IMG/VR virus record: IMGVR_UViG_3300032893_000058
Location: 1-56,288 of that record
Strand: one strand, 5' to 3'
Source of the DNA: a virus
Lineage: Duplodnaviria; Caudoviricetes
DNA: 56,288 nt
Shown here: piece by piece, positions 24,213 through 33,535 of the stretch
Numbering within the stretch: the stretch's first letter is position 1
Layout of the letters: each line of letters opens with the position of its first letter
Made by a program: the position numbers and the translations under genes
Notes under the pieces: generated by a model
What the model was told of the DNA's origin: nothing
What the model saw: only the letters and a program-made list of their open reading frames with translations
Database searches by the model: none

Positions 24213-24598
24213 GCGAACCATCAGCCAGACAACAATTTGAAAATAAATACGGCGTGCCGACTGAAGTGTATTGCATGAAATGTGACAATTGTTGCTTACG
24301 TATTGACGGTTCAGTAATTTCACCTGAACGCATCCGGCCGACAGTGGCTGCTTTTGCTGTTGCTATGGAGGCCAAACTTCGCAAAAATGACCACAAGACC
24401 GCGTGGCGCGACTTGCCGGTCGAGGCGCTGTTTCGGCAGTTGCTGATTGAACTTGAGGAATTCAAGGTCGCTGACGAGTTTCTCAACGTGTCCGAGGCCC
24501 GTAAGGAACTGGTCGATCTGGCCAATTTTTGCCTCATCCTGCACGACCGTCTCGGCATGCTCGACCAGGATAAGAACCGCCATGCCCAACCAAAGTGA
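24209..24598 (+). CDS. MazG-like all-alpha NTP pyrophosphohydrolase (candidate MazZ analog)
   Basis: IELEEF...KELVDLANF (ExxE...ExxD metal motif). Confidence 0.6.
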   Translation: MSEPSARQQFENKYGVPTEVYCMKCDNCCLRIDGSVISPERIRPTVAAFAVAMEAKLRKNDHKTAWRDLPVEALFRQLLIELEEFKVADEFLNVSEARKELVDLANFCLILHDRLGMLDQDKNRHAQPK

Positions 24599-25223
24599 AC
24601 TGATCCAGATGTTTCCGCCCGAACTGCGCACGGCGTCGGTCGTGCCGCGTTGGTCGGTGTTGTGGACGCTGACGCGCGATACCATCGCCAACCACAGTTT
24701 TTATGTGGCGATATATGCGCGGTCCATCGCCCGGCTGATCAAGTGGCGCAGCTCAAATTACGCTATGTTGATATATTTGGCGTTGACCCACGATCTGGAC
24801 GAGACGATCACGGGCGATATCGTGTCGCCGATCAAGTCGGAAATCGTGGACCGCGACCGCTATGACGCGCTGGTGGCGCGCAAGATGCGCGAGCGGCTGC
24901 CTGACATCGAGGCCGAACTGTCGGTATGGGCTAATACGACTGGCCGGGGCGCCTCCTTCGGCCACGTCGGGGCGGAGCAACAATATGACGAAGCCTGGAA
25001 AATCATCGCCGTGGCCGATCGCCTTGACGCGCTGCTGTTTCTGATCGGCGAGCAGCGCATGGGCAACGGCGTCATTGCGCCGCGCATTCCGGACGCGCAA
25101 AACCGTCTGCACGCGGCGTTCATGGAACTGCCGAAGGTCAAGCAGGAACTGGAAGCATTGTGGCAGTGCGTAATGCTGCCGGTGATCCGGGAACACGGCG
25201 ACACGGGAGGGAACGGCGTTTAA
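24582..25223 (+). CDS. HD-domain nucleotide phosphohydrolase (YfbR/DatZ-like)
   Basis: VPRW...ANHSF...THDLDETITGDIVSPIK...VADRLDA; true start ATG 24582. Confidence 0.85.
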   Translation: MPNQSELIQMFPPELRTASVVPRWSVLWTLTRDTIANHSFYVAIYARSIARLIKWRSSNYAMLIYLALTHDLDETITGDIVSPIKSEIVDRDRYDALVARKMRERLPDIEAELSVWANTTGRGASFGHVGAEQQYDEAWKIIAVADRLDALLFLIGEQRMGNGVIAPRIPDAQNRLHAAFMELPKVKQELEALWQCVMLPVIREHGDTGGNGV

Positions 25224-26647
25224 TGCGCTGGCACCTGAACCACGCCGTACACGGCACGAAGCCTTGGGCCGTGCAGCATGCCTATCTCGACGCTGCGGCC
25301 GGACGCCAGCGCTACGGCAATTTTTCGCAGCAGGGGCTGGGCAAGACCGCCGACACGCTCAACGAATTCATTGACTTCGAGGACGTGGACCTGTGCGTCG
25401 TGCTGGCGCCGTCCAGCTTCATGGCCGACTGGCCGCTGGCGCCGGCCGAGTGGGGCGCCGGTTTCTTGCGCACCGGCATGTGGGGGCGCGACGACTTGCC
25501 CTTCGACTGGGACTGCGGCCTGTACTCCATCGCGCACGAGACGCTGCGCGGGTCGAAGCGCGCTCGCGACGAACTGCTGGAATTATTTGAAAAGCGACGC
25601 TGCATGCTGGTGTTCGACGAGGGCACCGGTATCAAGGATGCAAATTCAGTGTTGGCGCGGTACGTTGTCGGCGCCCTGTCCAAGGAAGCCGTATACACGC
25701 GGGTGCTCAACGGCACGCCAATAGTGCAGGACGCGCTCGACTACTTTGCACAACTGCGCCTGCTGGGCGAATGCAACGGCATGAATCCTTACGCCTTCCG
25801 CAACCGGTTTTGCCAGATGGGGGGCTTCAAGGGTAAACAGGTCAAAGGCATTCGCAACGAAGACGAATTGGGCCGCATCCTCGACCGCTGCTCGTTCCGA
25901 GCGCTGAAACGCGACTGGCGCAAGGACCTGCCGCCGCAGATCGACCAGCCCATTCATCTTGAAATGACCGACAGCCAGCGCAAGCACTATCATACGATGA
26001 TGGAAGAGTTTTATGCGCTGGTCGGCGACGACGAAGAAGTCAGCGCTGAACTGGTGTTGACCCAGCGCCTTAAACTGCAACAAATCTCATCCTGCATGCT
26101 GATGGACAAGGGTAAGGTGCACTGGCTGGAATTGCCGAAGAACAATCCGAAACTGCGCGCCGCGTTCGACCTGATGGAGACGGGCAACGGCAAGATGATC
26201 GTCGTCTATTACTTCGACCCGTCCGGCCGCATGCTGATCGAACAATTTCAAGAAGCCGGATATGCCCCGGCCTGGATCACGGGCGGCATGACGGCCGAGG
26301 ACATCGTGGTACAGAAGGCAAAGTTCAACAACGATTCGTCGTGCCGGGTGCTCATCGGACAGATTGACCAGACCAGCCGCGGTCACACGCTCGTCGGCAA
26401 GCCGGGCAACGACCGCTGCTCGCGCACCTATTATTACGAGACGGACCTGAGCCTGATGCACCGGCTGCAGATGAACGACCGCAATCATCGTGGCGAGCAG
26501 GACGAGACGTGCTACATTTACGATCCCATCGCGTCGCCAATCGACCAGTTAAACGTCGACATCTTGACGCGTAAGAAGACCCAGGCCGACGGAATGGACG
26601 AACTGGTGCGATTGATAAGGGAGCAAAAGCATGGCCGAGCAGCTTAA
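25223..26647 (+). CDS. SNF2-family helicase
   Basis: QGLGKT, VFDEG, LNGTP, Q..DRNHR; TAATG coupling. Confidence 0.9.
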   Translation: MRWHLNHAVHGTKPWAVQHAYLDAAAGRQRYGNFSQQGLGKTADTLNEFIDFEDVDLCVVLAPSSFMADWPLAPAEWGAGFLRTGMWGRDDLPFDWDCGLYSIAHETLRGSKRARDELLELFEKRRCMLVFDEGTGIKDANSVLARYVVGALSKEAVYTRVLNGTPIVQDALDYFAQLRLLGECNGMNPYAFRNRFCQMGGFKGKQVKGIRNEDELGRILDRCSFRALKRDWRKDLPPQIDQPIHLEMTDSQRKHYHTMMEEFYALVGDDEEVSAELVLTQRLKLQQISSCMLMDKGKVHWLELPKNNPKLRAAFDLMETGNGKMIVVYYFDPSGRMLIEQFQEAGYAPAWITGGMTAEDIVVQKAKFNNDSSCRVLIGQIDQTSRGHTLVGKPGNDRCSRTYYYETDLSLMHRLQMNDRNHRGEQDETCYIYDPIASPIDQLNVDILTRKKTQADGMDELVRLIREQKHGRAA

Positions 26648-26718
26648 AATCTACGAAGTGGCAAAAGACGAATTTCGCCCAGCTACGCAGGACGACATTG
26701 ATTTGGGAAGGACACGCC

Positions 26719-26982
26719 ATGAATATCGTCGACCCTGACGACGTGCCTGAGTTGCTGTGCGACGGCGCTTTCAACATTTCTGTCGCCAGAACCGGCGTTG
26801 CGACTATCACTTTCACGCACGAACGCACGGCGCCGGACGTGCTATTTCAAGGCAAGGACAACCCGGACCGTATTGTGCGCGCCCGCATTGCGATGAGCGT
26901 GCCAGTGCTTATTGCGCTTCGCAATGCGTTGAACGGCCTTGAATTCGAGCCGCCGGACAAGCCGCGGCAATTGTCGTCTTGA
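26719..26982 (+). CDS. Hypothetical protein
   Basis: AAGGA RBS; ATG 26719. Confidence 0.6.
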   Translation: MNIVDPDDVPELLCDGAFNISVARTGVATITFTHERTAPDVLFQGKDNPDRIVRARIAMSVPVLIALRNALNGLEFEPPDKPRQLSS

Positions 26983-27260
26983 TGTCGCGTCGTCCGCGCC
27001 GCTACGACTGGTTGAAGACCAAGGCGCCCGACCCGCCGATTGACGAGTATCACCTCAATGACGGTTACTACAACCCGCGCCCGGCGCCGGGCATGCCGAA
27101 GGGCTGCTCCGACTTTGTGTTTTGGCGCTGGTTCGACAGCCTGCCGCCCGAAGTCCGGGAAGTATTGAATCTAGTGCCACGGACCGGGACGGAATTTCAG
27201 TGGCTGATGAACCAGGCCGCGCAGAGATATCCCTTGACAGATGATATGACGCGTGGTTAA
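26982..27260 (+). CDS. Hypothetical protein
   Basis: TGATG coupling. Confidence 0.55.
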   Translation: MSRRPRRYDWLKTKAPDPPIDEYHLNDGYYNPRPAPGMPKGCSDFVFWRWFDSLPPEVREVLNLVPRTGTEFQWLMNQAAQRYPLTDDMTRG

Positions 27261-27262
27261 AT
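27233..27262 (+). promoter_or_regulatory. Putative early promoter
   Basis: CTTGACA-N17-TTAAAT with extended TG; CAGATAGGAG leader. Confidence 0.55.
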
Positions 27263-27288
27263 GTGGGCCTCAGATAGGAGCAGCCGAT

Positions 27289-28848
27289 ATGACCACCGGA
27301 AAACGCACCCCTTCCCCCCAGCAGCAGGCCGTCATCGACTTCGTCGCCAGCGGCGCCGGCTCTGCCTTCGTCGAGGCCGTGGCCGGCGCCGGCAAGACTA
27401 CTACGCTGGTCGACGCGCTTGGCGTCACCAAAGGTTCGGTGGCCTTCGTCGCTTACAACAAGAAGATCGCCGACGAGATCAAGGCGCGCATCGCGCCGCT
27501 CAATCTCGGCAACCGCGTGCAGGCCGGTACGTTCCATTCGTTCGGGCTGCGCACTTGGCGCCGCGCTTATCCGCAGGTGAAATGCGGGCCGGACGCCGCC
27601 AATGAGAAGGCCGAACGCACCGTCAAGGCGCTGGCCATCGGCAAGCCGCTCGAATCGTTCGTGCTCAACCTGATGTCGCTCGCCAAGCAACGCGCCATCG
27701 GGCTGTTCGGCGCCATCGACGACCAGAAGCTATACTGGGACATCATCGAGCATTTCGACATGCTGTACGACCTTGAAGACGAGAGCCTCGCGCAGCAAGG
27801 CGTCGATCTGGCGATCAAGGGGCTGCGGCTACACGCCAAGCACGCGCCTGAAATTATCGACTTCGACGACATGATCTGGATGCCGGTCATCAGCGGCATT
27901 CGCATGTGGCAGAACGACATGGTGTTCGTCGACGAGGCCCAGGACACCAACCCGGCGCGGCGTGCATTCGTGCGCAAGATGTTGAACCAGCGCACCGGCC
28001 GCGCGGTGTTCGTCGGCGACCGCCACCAGGCGATCTACGGTTTTACCGGCGCCGACAACGATGCCGTCGACCAGATCATCCGGGACTTCAAGTGCACGTC
28101 GCTGCCGCTGACTGTCACCTACCGCTGCCCGAAGGCCGTCGTCACCAAGGCGCAGGAACTGGTGTCACACATTCAGGCGCACGAGACGGCGCCGGACGGC
28201 GAAGTGCACCGGCTGTATTGGGACGAATTTGTGCAGCGTGCGACGGCGCCCGTCGGCATGACGCCCGTAGGAACTGAAGGTTGGTATGGCCTGCACCACA
28301 GCGACGCCATTCTGTGCCGCAAGACCAAGCCGCTGATCGACACCGCGTTCATGCTGATCAAAGCCGGCGTACCGTGTCACGTCGAGGGCCGCGACATCGG
28401 CACCGGGCTGATCAAGCTGATCAACAAGTTCAGCAACGCAGCGTCGCTCGACGCGATGTTGACGCGGCTCGACGCCTATGGCGAGCAGCAATGCGAGAAG
28501 CTGAAATCCAAGGGCCGCAACGGGCAGGCCGAGTCATTAATGGACCGCATCGCCTGCATCCACGTCATTGCCGACAAATTCCAGACCATCGATCAGGTCA
28601 AGACGCAGATCATGTCGCTGTTCGAGGACGACGACAATCGCAAGAAGCCGACCGTGACGTTGTCGACGGTGCACAAGTCGAAGGGCCGCGAGTGGCCGCG
28701 TGTGTTCATTCTCGGCGCCAACGCCTGGATGCCAGGGCCGTGGGCGCGGCAACAATGGGAGCAGGACCAGGAATTTAACTTGATGTACGTTGCTTACACG
28801 CGGACGCAGCGGGAACTGCACTTCATTGACGTGCCGGCCGACGCATAG
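27289..28848 (+). CDS. UvrD/Rep-like SF1 helicase
   Basis: AVAGAGKTT, VDEAQD, VGDRHQAIYGF, TYRCP, TVHKSKGREW, YVAYTR. Confidence 0.95.
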   Translation: MTTGKRTPSPQQQAVIDFVASGAGSAFVEAVAGAGKTTTLVDALGVTKGSVAFVAYNKKIADEIKARIAPLNLGNRVQAGTFHSFGLRTWRRAYPQVKCGPDAANEKAERTVKALAIGKPLESFVLNLMSLAKQRAIGLFGAIDDQKLYWDIIEHFDMLYDLEDESLAQQGVDLAIKGLRLHAKHAPEIIDFDDMIWMPVISGIRMWQNDMVFVDEAQDTNPARRAFVRKMLNQRTGRAVFVGDRHQAIYGFTGADNDAVDQIIRDFKCTSLPLTVTYRCPKAVVTKAQELVSHIQAHETAPDGEVHRLYWDEFVQRATAPVGMTPVGTEGWYGLHHSDAILCRKTKPLIDTAFMLIKAGVPCHVEGRDIGTGLIKLINKFSNAASLDAMLTRLDAYGEQQCEKLKSKGRNGQAESLMDRIACIHVIADKFQTIDQVKTQIMSLFEDDDNRKKPTVTLSTVHKSKGREWPRVFILGANAWMPGPWARQQWEQDQEFNLMYVAYTRTQRELHFIDVPADA

Positions 28849-28964
28849 GAGGAAATGATGCGCTGGGTTCTTTTTCTTTTACGCTCCGCGACTGAACTGG
28901 TCGTGGTCGTCGCGTTCCTGGTCGTGCTGGCCGGGGCGCTGGCCACGGTAACCGGCACGGTGCA

Positions 28965-29222
28965 GTGGTGACAACTACCGCACCGGTTTCGCCGCACGCA
29001 ATGACCCATTTAGACATATGGGTGCCCACCAAATTGCGCGAAGCGGCCTGGAATGCTGCTTTTAACGTGTATTTGATACGCGCCACTACGACGGACGGCA
29101 GTGAACGTAAGTGGGCGGCTGAACGGGCAGACCGCTTCTGGCCAATTTATATTCCGCGCACTTCGTACGCTGCGCTATGGTTGGAAATTCACAGCGCAGT
29201 TAAAGAAGGAAAAATCGCGTGA
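28965..29222 (+). CDS. Hypothetical protein
   Basis: ORF near the end of the + arm. Confidence 0.45.
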   Translation: MVTTTAPVSPHAMTHLDIWVPTKLREAAWNAAFNVYLIRATTTDGSERKWAAERADRFWPIYIPRTSYAALWLEIHSAVKEGKIA

Positions 29223-29611
29223 TGTCATACTGGTTCTGGCTGCTGATCACCGCGTCCGTCGTCGAGGGCGTTTATCTTGGCCTGTGTGACCTGTTCGGCC
29301 GCCCACTATGGCGAAGCATCATTTTATACCGCAACGTGCAGCGTCAGTTGCGGCGTGACTGGGACGAAGCTATGGCGAGGGCTGCTGAACTGCAAGGCGG
29401 CGACGCGCCGTCGTCGTGCCCGGCCCAGCAACTAAACCTGCCACCCCTGGCGCCGCCCGGTTCGCCGCTGCCGCCCATGGCGCCCGGCGCTGGCCCTCAT
29501 TTACTAACGCACGAAGAAGCGCGCCGTGCCGCGGATCGGCGGCAGGCAAGGTTACGAGCGGAGCGAGTTCTTCGGCCGCCCGCGCCGCGTTCTGACCGCG
29601 CCAAGCGTTGA
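29219..29611 (+). CDS. Hypothetical membrane protein (overlaps the 3' end of the convergent gene)
   Basis: N-terminal TM helix; GTGA-coupled to the upstream ORF; about 240-bp antisense overlap. Confidence 0.35.
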   Translation: MMSYWFWLLITASVVEGVYLGLCDLFGRPLWRSIILYRNVQRQLRRDWDEAMARAAELQGGDAPSSCPAQQLNLPPLAPPGSPLPPMAPGAGPHLLTHEEARRAADRRQARLRAERVLRPPAPRSDRAKR

Positions 29612-32036
29612 CCAGCCCGTGCACCGTAAACTGCTCACGCATGCTGGGCGGCAGGTAGGTCATCGGCTTGGTAACGTCCAAGTCCCATGGCTGCATTGCC
29701 GGCGCCGCCAGCGCGTTGACGCGTTCTTTTTTCGGTGTCGTCTGTGACCCGCCGACCACGTTCTGATACTGGTCACCCAAGTATTTTTCCTGTTCGAGTG
29801 CTTGAATCAGCGATTGTGCCTTGTTTTTACCCAGCGTCAATTCTAGCTTCTTGATGTTGTTCGGCGCCAACAGCTTGTTGCGCAACGTGGTGTCGCCACG
29901 CAGCGTGTCGCCCATCGCCTGCTCGATTGCCGCGCGCTGCCCAACCATGCGGGCCGACAATTCGGGGCCGCGCAACGTCGACAGTTCGTCGGCCAGTTCA
30001 TCGGCGCTCAGCCCGGATCGCCCGCCGATGAAGTCGTCGCGGCCGGCATCGATCTGGTCGAGGATCGCGGAGCGGTCGGCGAATTCGGTGCGCGCCTGCT
30101 TCCACACTTTGCCGGCATCGGTCTTCTCGATTTCATCGATCAGTTCTTGCTTCAGATTGGTAAGCTCGCGTCCCAGCGTCTTGTCGCCGCCGGTGTACGC
30201 CTGATCGATGCGCCGGTCAAGGCCGCGCTTGACGTAATCCCAGCCTTCGGCGGTCGGGAACGACTCCTGGTCGCCGGACGTGAAATAATTCTTGTTGATC
30301 GGACGCCCGCTGATGCCGCTCAGTTCCTCCGCCATGTTGAACGCGCCGGCCGCGTCGAGCCGCGGTATCAGGTCTTTCAGTTCGTCGGTCGGGTGCACCG
30401 GCATCGACCGGTATTGTTCGTACAGCGGATCGGCCGCTGCGGCGCGCGTCTCGGTCAGGAAATTCTTGAACTGATTGACATTGACGCCGGCCGGAATGCC
30501 GTAGGCGTCGGTGATCGCTTGATCGACCCGGTTGCGCTGGTCACGCGCTCGCGCCTGATACGCCTCGCGCACCACCTGCTTGCCGGGGCCGGGCGTGTCG
30601 GCGATGCCGCCCGCGATGTCGGTAAACGCCGGGTTGATGTCGCCGACGAAGCCGGACGGCCCCATGCGGGCGGCGTTCTCAGTCATCGATTGCGGCGTCT
30701 CGCCTTCCATCGCCGCGATCAGACGGTCGACGGCGTTGCCGGTAAGATTGCGCAGTGCCGCGGTCTTTGGCAACACATAGCGCCCAACTGCATTAATAGC
30801 GCCGCGGGCGCCTTCCCCCACGATGGGACCCGCGGCGCCCCCGACTGCGCCCAGTTCGGCAGCAGAGCCGGGATTCTCGCCCCGAAGAAGCGCGTCGAGG
30901 GCGCTTAGCGTCGCCCCGCCGCCTGCACCGCCCAGCACGCGGGAAGCCGCGGACGGCCCTCGCGTGCCCAGGAGCAGGCCGCCGAGCGACGTATCGGCGA
31001 CCGGCCCCAATATCATGGCTCCGCCGGTCAGGTTGGCGATGGTCGAGCCGACCGGGTTGTCGGCAGCAAATTGCTTGCTTTCGCCCTGGGCGCCGGCTAA
31101 GTTTGCAGCGTAGCGCTCACCGAATGTCGGTGCGACAGGAAGAGGCGCCTTTCCCATCCAGCCCCTCGCGACGTTGACCGCGGGTTCGATGGCCGCATTG
31201 CTGGCCGCTATCGCCTTTTGCGCCAGCGGCGCGACGACCGGCATGCCTTCAAGAATTTGACCTTCATACCCCATCGGTCCAAGCGGCGACGGCGACGGCG
31301 TCGAGGGCGCGGCTGGCGTTCCCGTCGTTGCCGGCGGCTGATTGGCCGGTGCAGCGTTGTCCAGTTTCAACCCCAGCGTCTTGGCCGTGGCGTTGATGTC
31401 GTCATCGGTGATGGCCGGCGAATTTTGCCCGGCAGCCGCCGCCGGCACGCTCACGGTCACGCCGCCGCCCGACGACACCGGAACGTAGCCGGATTTCGAT
31501 TGCGGCGCCGCCAATTCCGGGACGTTAAGCCCGAGGACCTTCGCGGTGGCAGCAGCGTCCTCGTCCGTGACTACCGGCGCCGCCGCTCCGGATTTTTCCG
31601 GTGCGTTCTGAGCCACTTTTTGGTCCTCCGGGCCGAAGAAAAATTGATGCTGTCCAATCGTGACGGACCGTCCGGACGCCCAGGAAGGCAGCGTGCCGCC
31701 GCGCCGGGCACGGACGATGGACGGGTTGAGAAAGTAGGTTGCCCCGCCGGTCGGGTCCGGTATTTCGCCCGACGCCACCTTGTCGACGACCTGCCCGACG
31801 CCCTGATATTCGGGCGAATCTGGCGCGTATGACAATAGTTGCCGCGCCCTGGTCTGCCACGGCTCGAACTGCCCCGGCGCCAACACCACTTTCGACGGCG
31901 AGCCGCCCCATTGCGGCGACTGCGCGCGATTGAATATGACGGACGCTACCGCGGCCTGACCGGCAAGTGGCTGGTCGCCGGCTTCGCCGAGCACGGTACG
32001 GATGGTCAGATCGCGATCTTGCGGCGATAGGTCCAT
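29370..32036 (-). CDS. Internal virion/ejection protein with N-terminal SleB-type cell-wall hydrolase
   Basis: RTVLGEA...AVASVIFNR...QFEPW...DPTGGATYF...IGQHQF; long Ala/Gly-rich helical body; position of P22 gp16. Confidence 0.85.
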   Translation of the reverse strand: MDLSPQDRDLTIRTVLGEAGDQPLAGQAAVASVIFNRAQSPQWGGSPSKVVLAPGQFEPWQTRARQLLSYAPDSPEYQGVGQVVDKVASGEIPDPTGGATYFLNPSIVRARRGGTLPSWASGRSVTIGQHQFFFGPEDQKVAQNAPEKSGAAAPVVTDEDAAATAKVLGLNVPELAAPQSKSGYVPVSSGGGVTVSVPAAAAGQNSPAITDDDINATAKTLGLKLDNAAPANQPPATTGTPAAPSTPSPSPLGPMGYEGQILEGMPVVAPLAQKAIAASNAAIEPAVNVARGWMGKAPLPVAPTFGERYAANLAGAQGESKQFAADNPVGSTIANLTGGAMILGPVADTSLGGLLLGTRGPSAASRVLGGAGGGATLSALDALLRGENPGSAAELGAVGGAAGPIVGEGARGAINAVGRYVLPKTAALRNLTGNAVDRLIAAMEGETPQSMTENAARMGPSGFVGDINPAFTDIAGGIADTPGPGKQVVREAYQARARDQRNRVDQAITDAYGIPAGVNVNQFKNFLTETRAAAADPLYEQYRSMPVHPTDELKDLIPRLDAAGAFNMAEELSGISGRPINKNYFTSGDQESFPTAEGWDYVKRGLDRRIDQAYTGGDKTLGRELTNLKQELIDEIEKTDAGKVWKQARTEFADRSAILDQIDAGRDDFIGGRSGLSADELADELSTLRGPELSARMVGQRAAIEQAMGDTLRGDTTLRNKLLAPNNIKKLELTLGKNKAQSLIQALEQEKYLGDQYQNVVGGSQTTPKKERVNALAAPAMQPWDLDVTKPMTYLPPSMREQFTVHGLVNAWRGQNAARAAEELAPLVTLPAADPRHGALLRALVNEGQRRAPWAAAANRAAPGVAGLVAGPGTTTARRRLAVQQPSP

Positions 32037-33535
32037 TATTGCAAGTTCACCCAGTTTTGCTTCATAGCGTAGGTCAAATCGTGCATGAAGCGCTTGCGCT
32101 CATTCGGGTCCATCTTGTCGATGTACGCCTGCCGCTCTTTCGGCGGAACGTACTGAAACTGGAAGGTGCGCGGGTCGAAGTGCGAGTTGAAATCGGCCGA
32201 GAACTGGGAATAGGTCTGCGGGCCGTTGCCGGCCTTCAGCCAATTCTGCCATTCGCGATTTTTGACCTGGATGGCGTCTTCGTTGCCCTTGAGCAGCGCG
32301 ATGATCTGCTTGTTGCCCAGCGACGACAGATATTCGTTCGGGCTGGTAGTAAACGCCGAATTGAACTTGGCATCAGTGCCGGTGCCGCCGATAGCCTGAA
32401 ACTGCGACTGCGCCAGCATCGACGCCTGCTTGTTGAACTCTTCCTGACTGGCGACCGACTTCAGGTCGAGCACGCCACCTTCAGCCTGCCACGACGGCGG
32501 CACCGGGAAATTGCGGTTGACGAACGATTTCGCCACCTTGGTCCATTCGGCGCCGGGGCCGGACGTGAATTTGCCGAGTTCGTCTTCGAGGTTGCCGAGG
32601 ATCGCCTTGCGCCCCATAGACGTATCGTTGGCGGCGAGCAGCGAGTTGGCGCCGGCCGCGCTAGCCTGTGCCAGACCTTGTGCGGCCTCAGTATAGCCGG
32701 GCGGCAACGTGGCTGCGGGGCCGGACGGAGCGCCGGGTGCGGCGCCGGGTGCAATCTGGGCGGCTCTACCGGGGGCACTTGGCACGGCAGGCTGGCCGGT
32801 CGGCCCCACGGCGCCGCCGCCCGGCACTGCCGGTTGTGCGCCGAGATATTGCGTGCCCTGCGGCGTGGCGACGGGCGTCGTCGGCGGCAAGCCCAGCGGC
32901 ACGGCAGTGCCCATGGCCGGGTTGGCTTCGGTGCCCGTCGGCACCAGCGTCATCTGGCCGCCCTGGTTGACCCACTGGTAGCGCGGCGAGTGTTGTTGCA
33001 GGATTTCGCTGGTCGTCGCCGCCTGCGTCTGAATAGCCAACGCCTTTTTCTTGATCTGCTGCGGCGTCATGCCACGGAATTGCTGCACGGCATTCATGAT
33101 CACGGGCAACGTGATGCCATAGCTCTTGGCGTTGAGAGCCGGGTCAAGTGCCGTTGCCGCCACATCATACACGTCATCCATCGTCGGGTTGTCCTTCGAC
33201 GCCAATTGCCCGAACAGATGATACGTCGTCGCCATTCGCTTTTGGAACGTCTCAAGCCCTGCCTGATCGGCGGCGTAACCGGCCGACCGTAATTGCTGCA
33301 GCGCGGTGAGCGTGGCCGGGGCCGCGGCGGCGCCGACCGGGTTTTGGCTGAGCAGGCGCAACACATTGTTGGGGTCGATCTGCCCAGTGTCCGGGTTGGC
33401 GCTTTGCTGAATGGCGCGGCCGGTGAGCAGCGGTGTGACGCTCTCCGCCGCCTTCGCCATGTCGCCGATTTGCTGAAACGCGCCCGGCGGCTGCGTCAGC
33501 TTGTTGTAGATGCTGGTGTCAATGCCGTCTGGCAT
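32036..33535 (-). CDS. Ejection (DNA transfer) protein, P22 gp20-like position
   Basis: Ala/Gln/Pro-rich protein; synteny. Confidence 0.7.
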   Translation of the reverse strand: MPDGIDTSIYNKLTQPPGAFQQIGDMAKAAESVTPLLTGRAIQQSANPDTGQIDPNNVLRLLSQNPVGAAAAPATLTALQQLRSAGYAADQAGLETFQKRMATTYHLFGQLASKDNPTMDDVYDVAATALDPALNAKSYGITLPVIMNAVQQFRGMTPQQIKKKALAIQTQAATTSEILQQHSPRYQWVNQGGQMTLVPTGTEANPAMGTAVPLGLPPTTPVATPQGTQYLGAQPAVPGGGAVGPTGQPAVPSAPGRAAQIAPGAAPGAPSGPAATLPPGYTEAAQGLAQASAAGANSLLAANDTSMGRKAILGNLEDELGKFTSGPGAEWTKVAKSFVNRNFPVPPSWQAEGGVLDLKSVASQEEFNKQASMLAQSQFQAIGGTGTDAKFNSAFTTSPNEYLSSLGNKQIIALLKGNEDAIQVKNREWQNWLKAGNGPQTYSQFSADFNSHFDPRTFQFQYVPPKERQAYIDKMDPNERKRFMHDLTYAMKQNWVNLQ

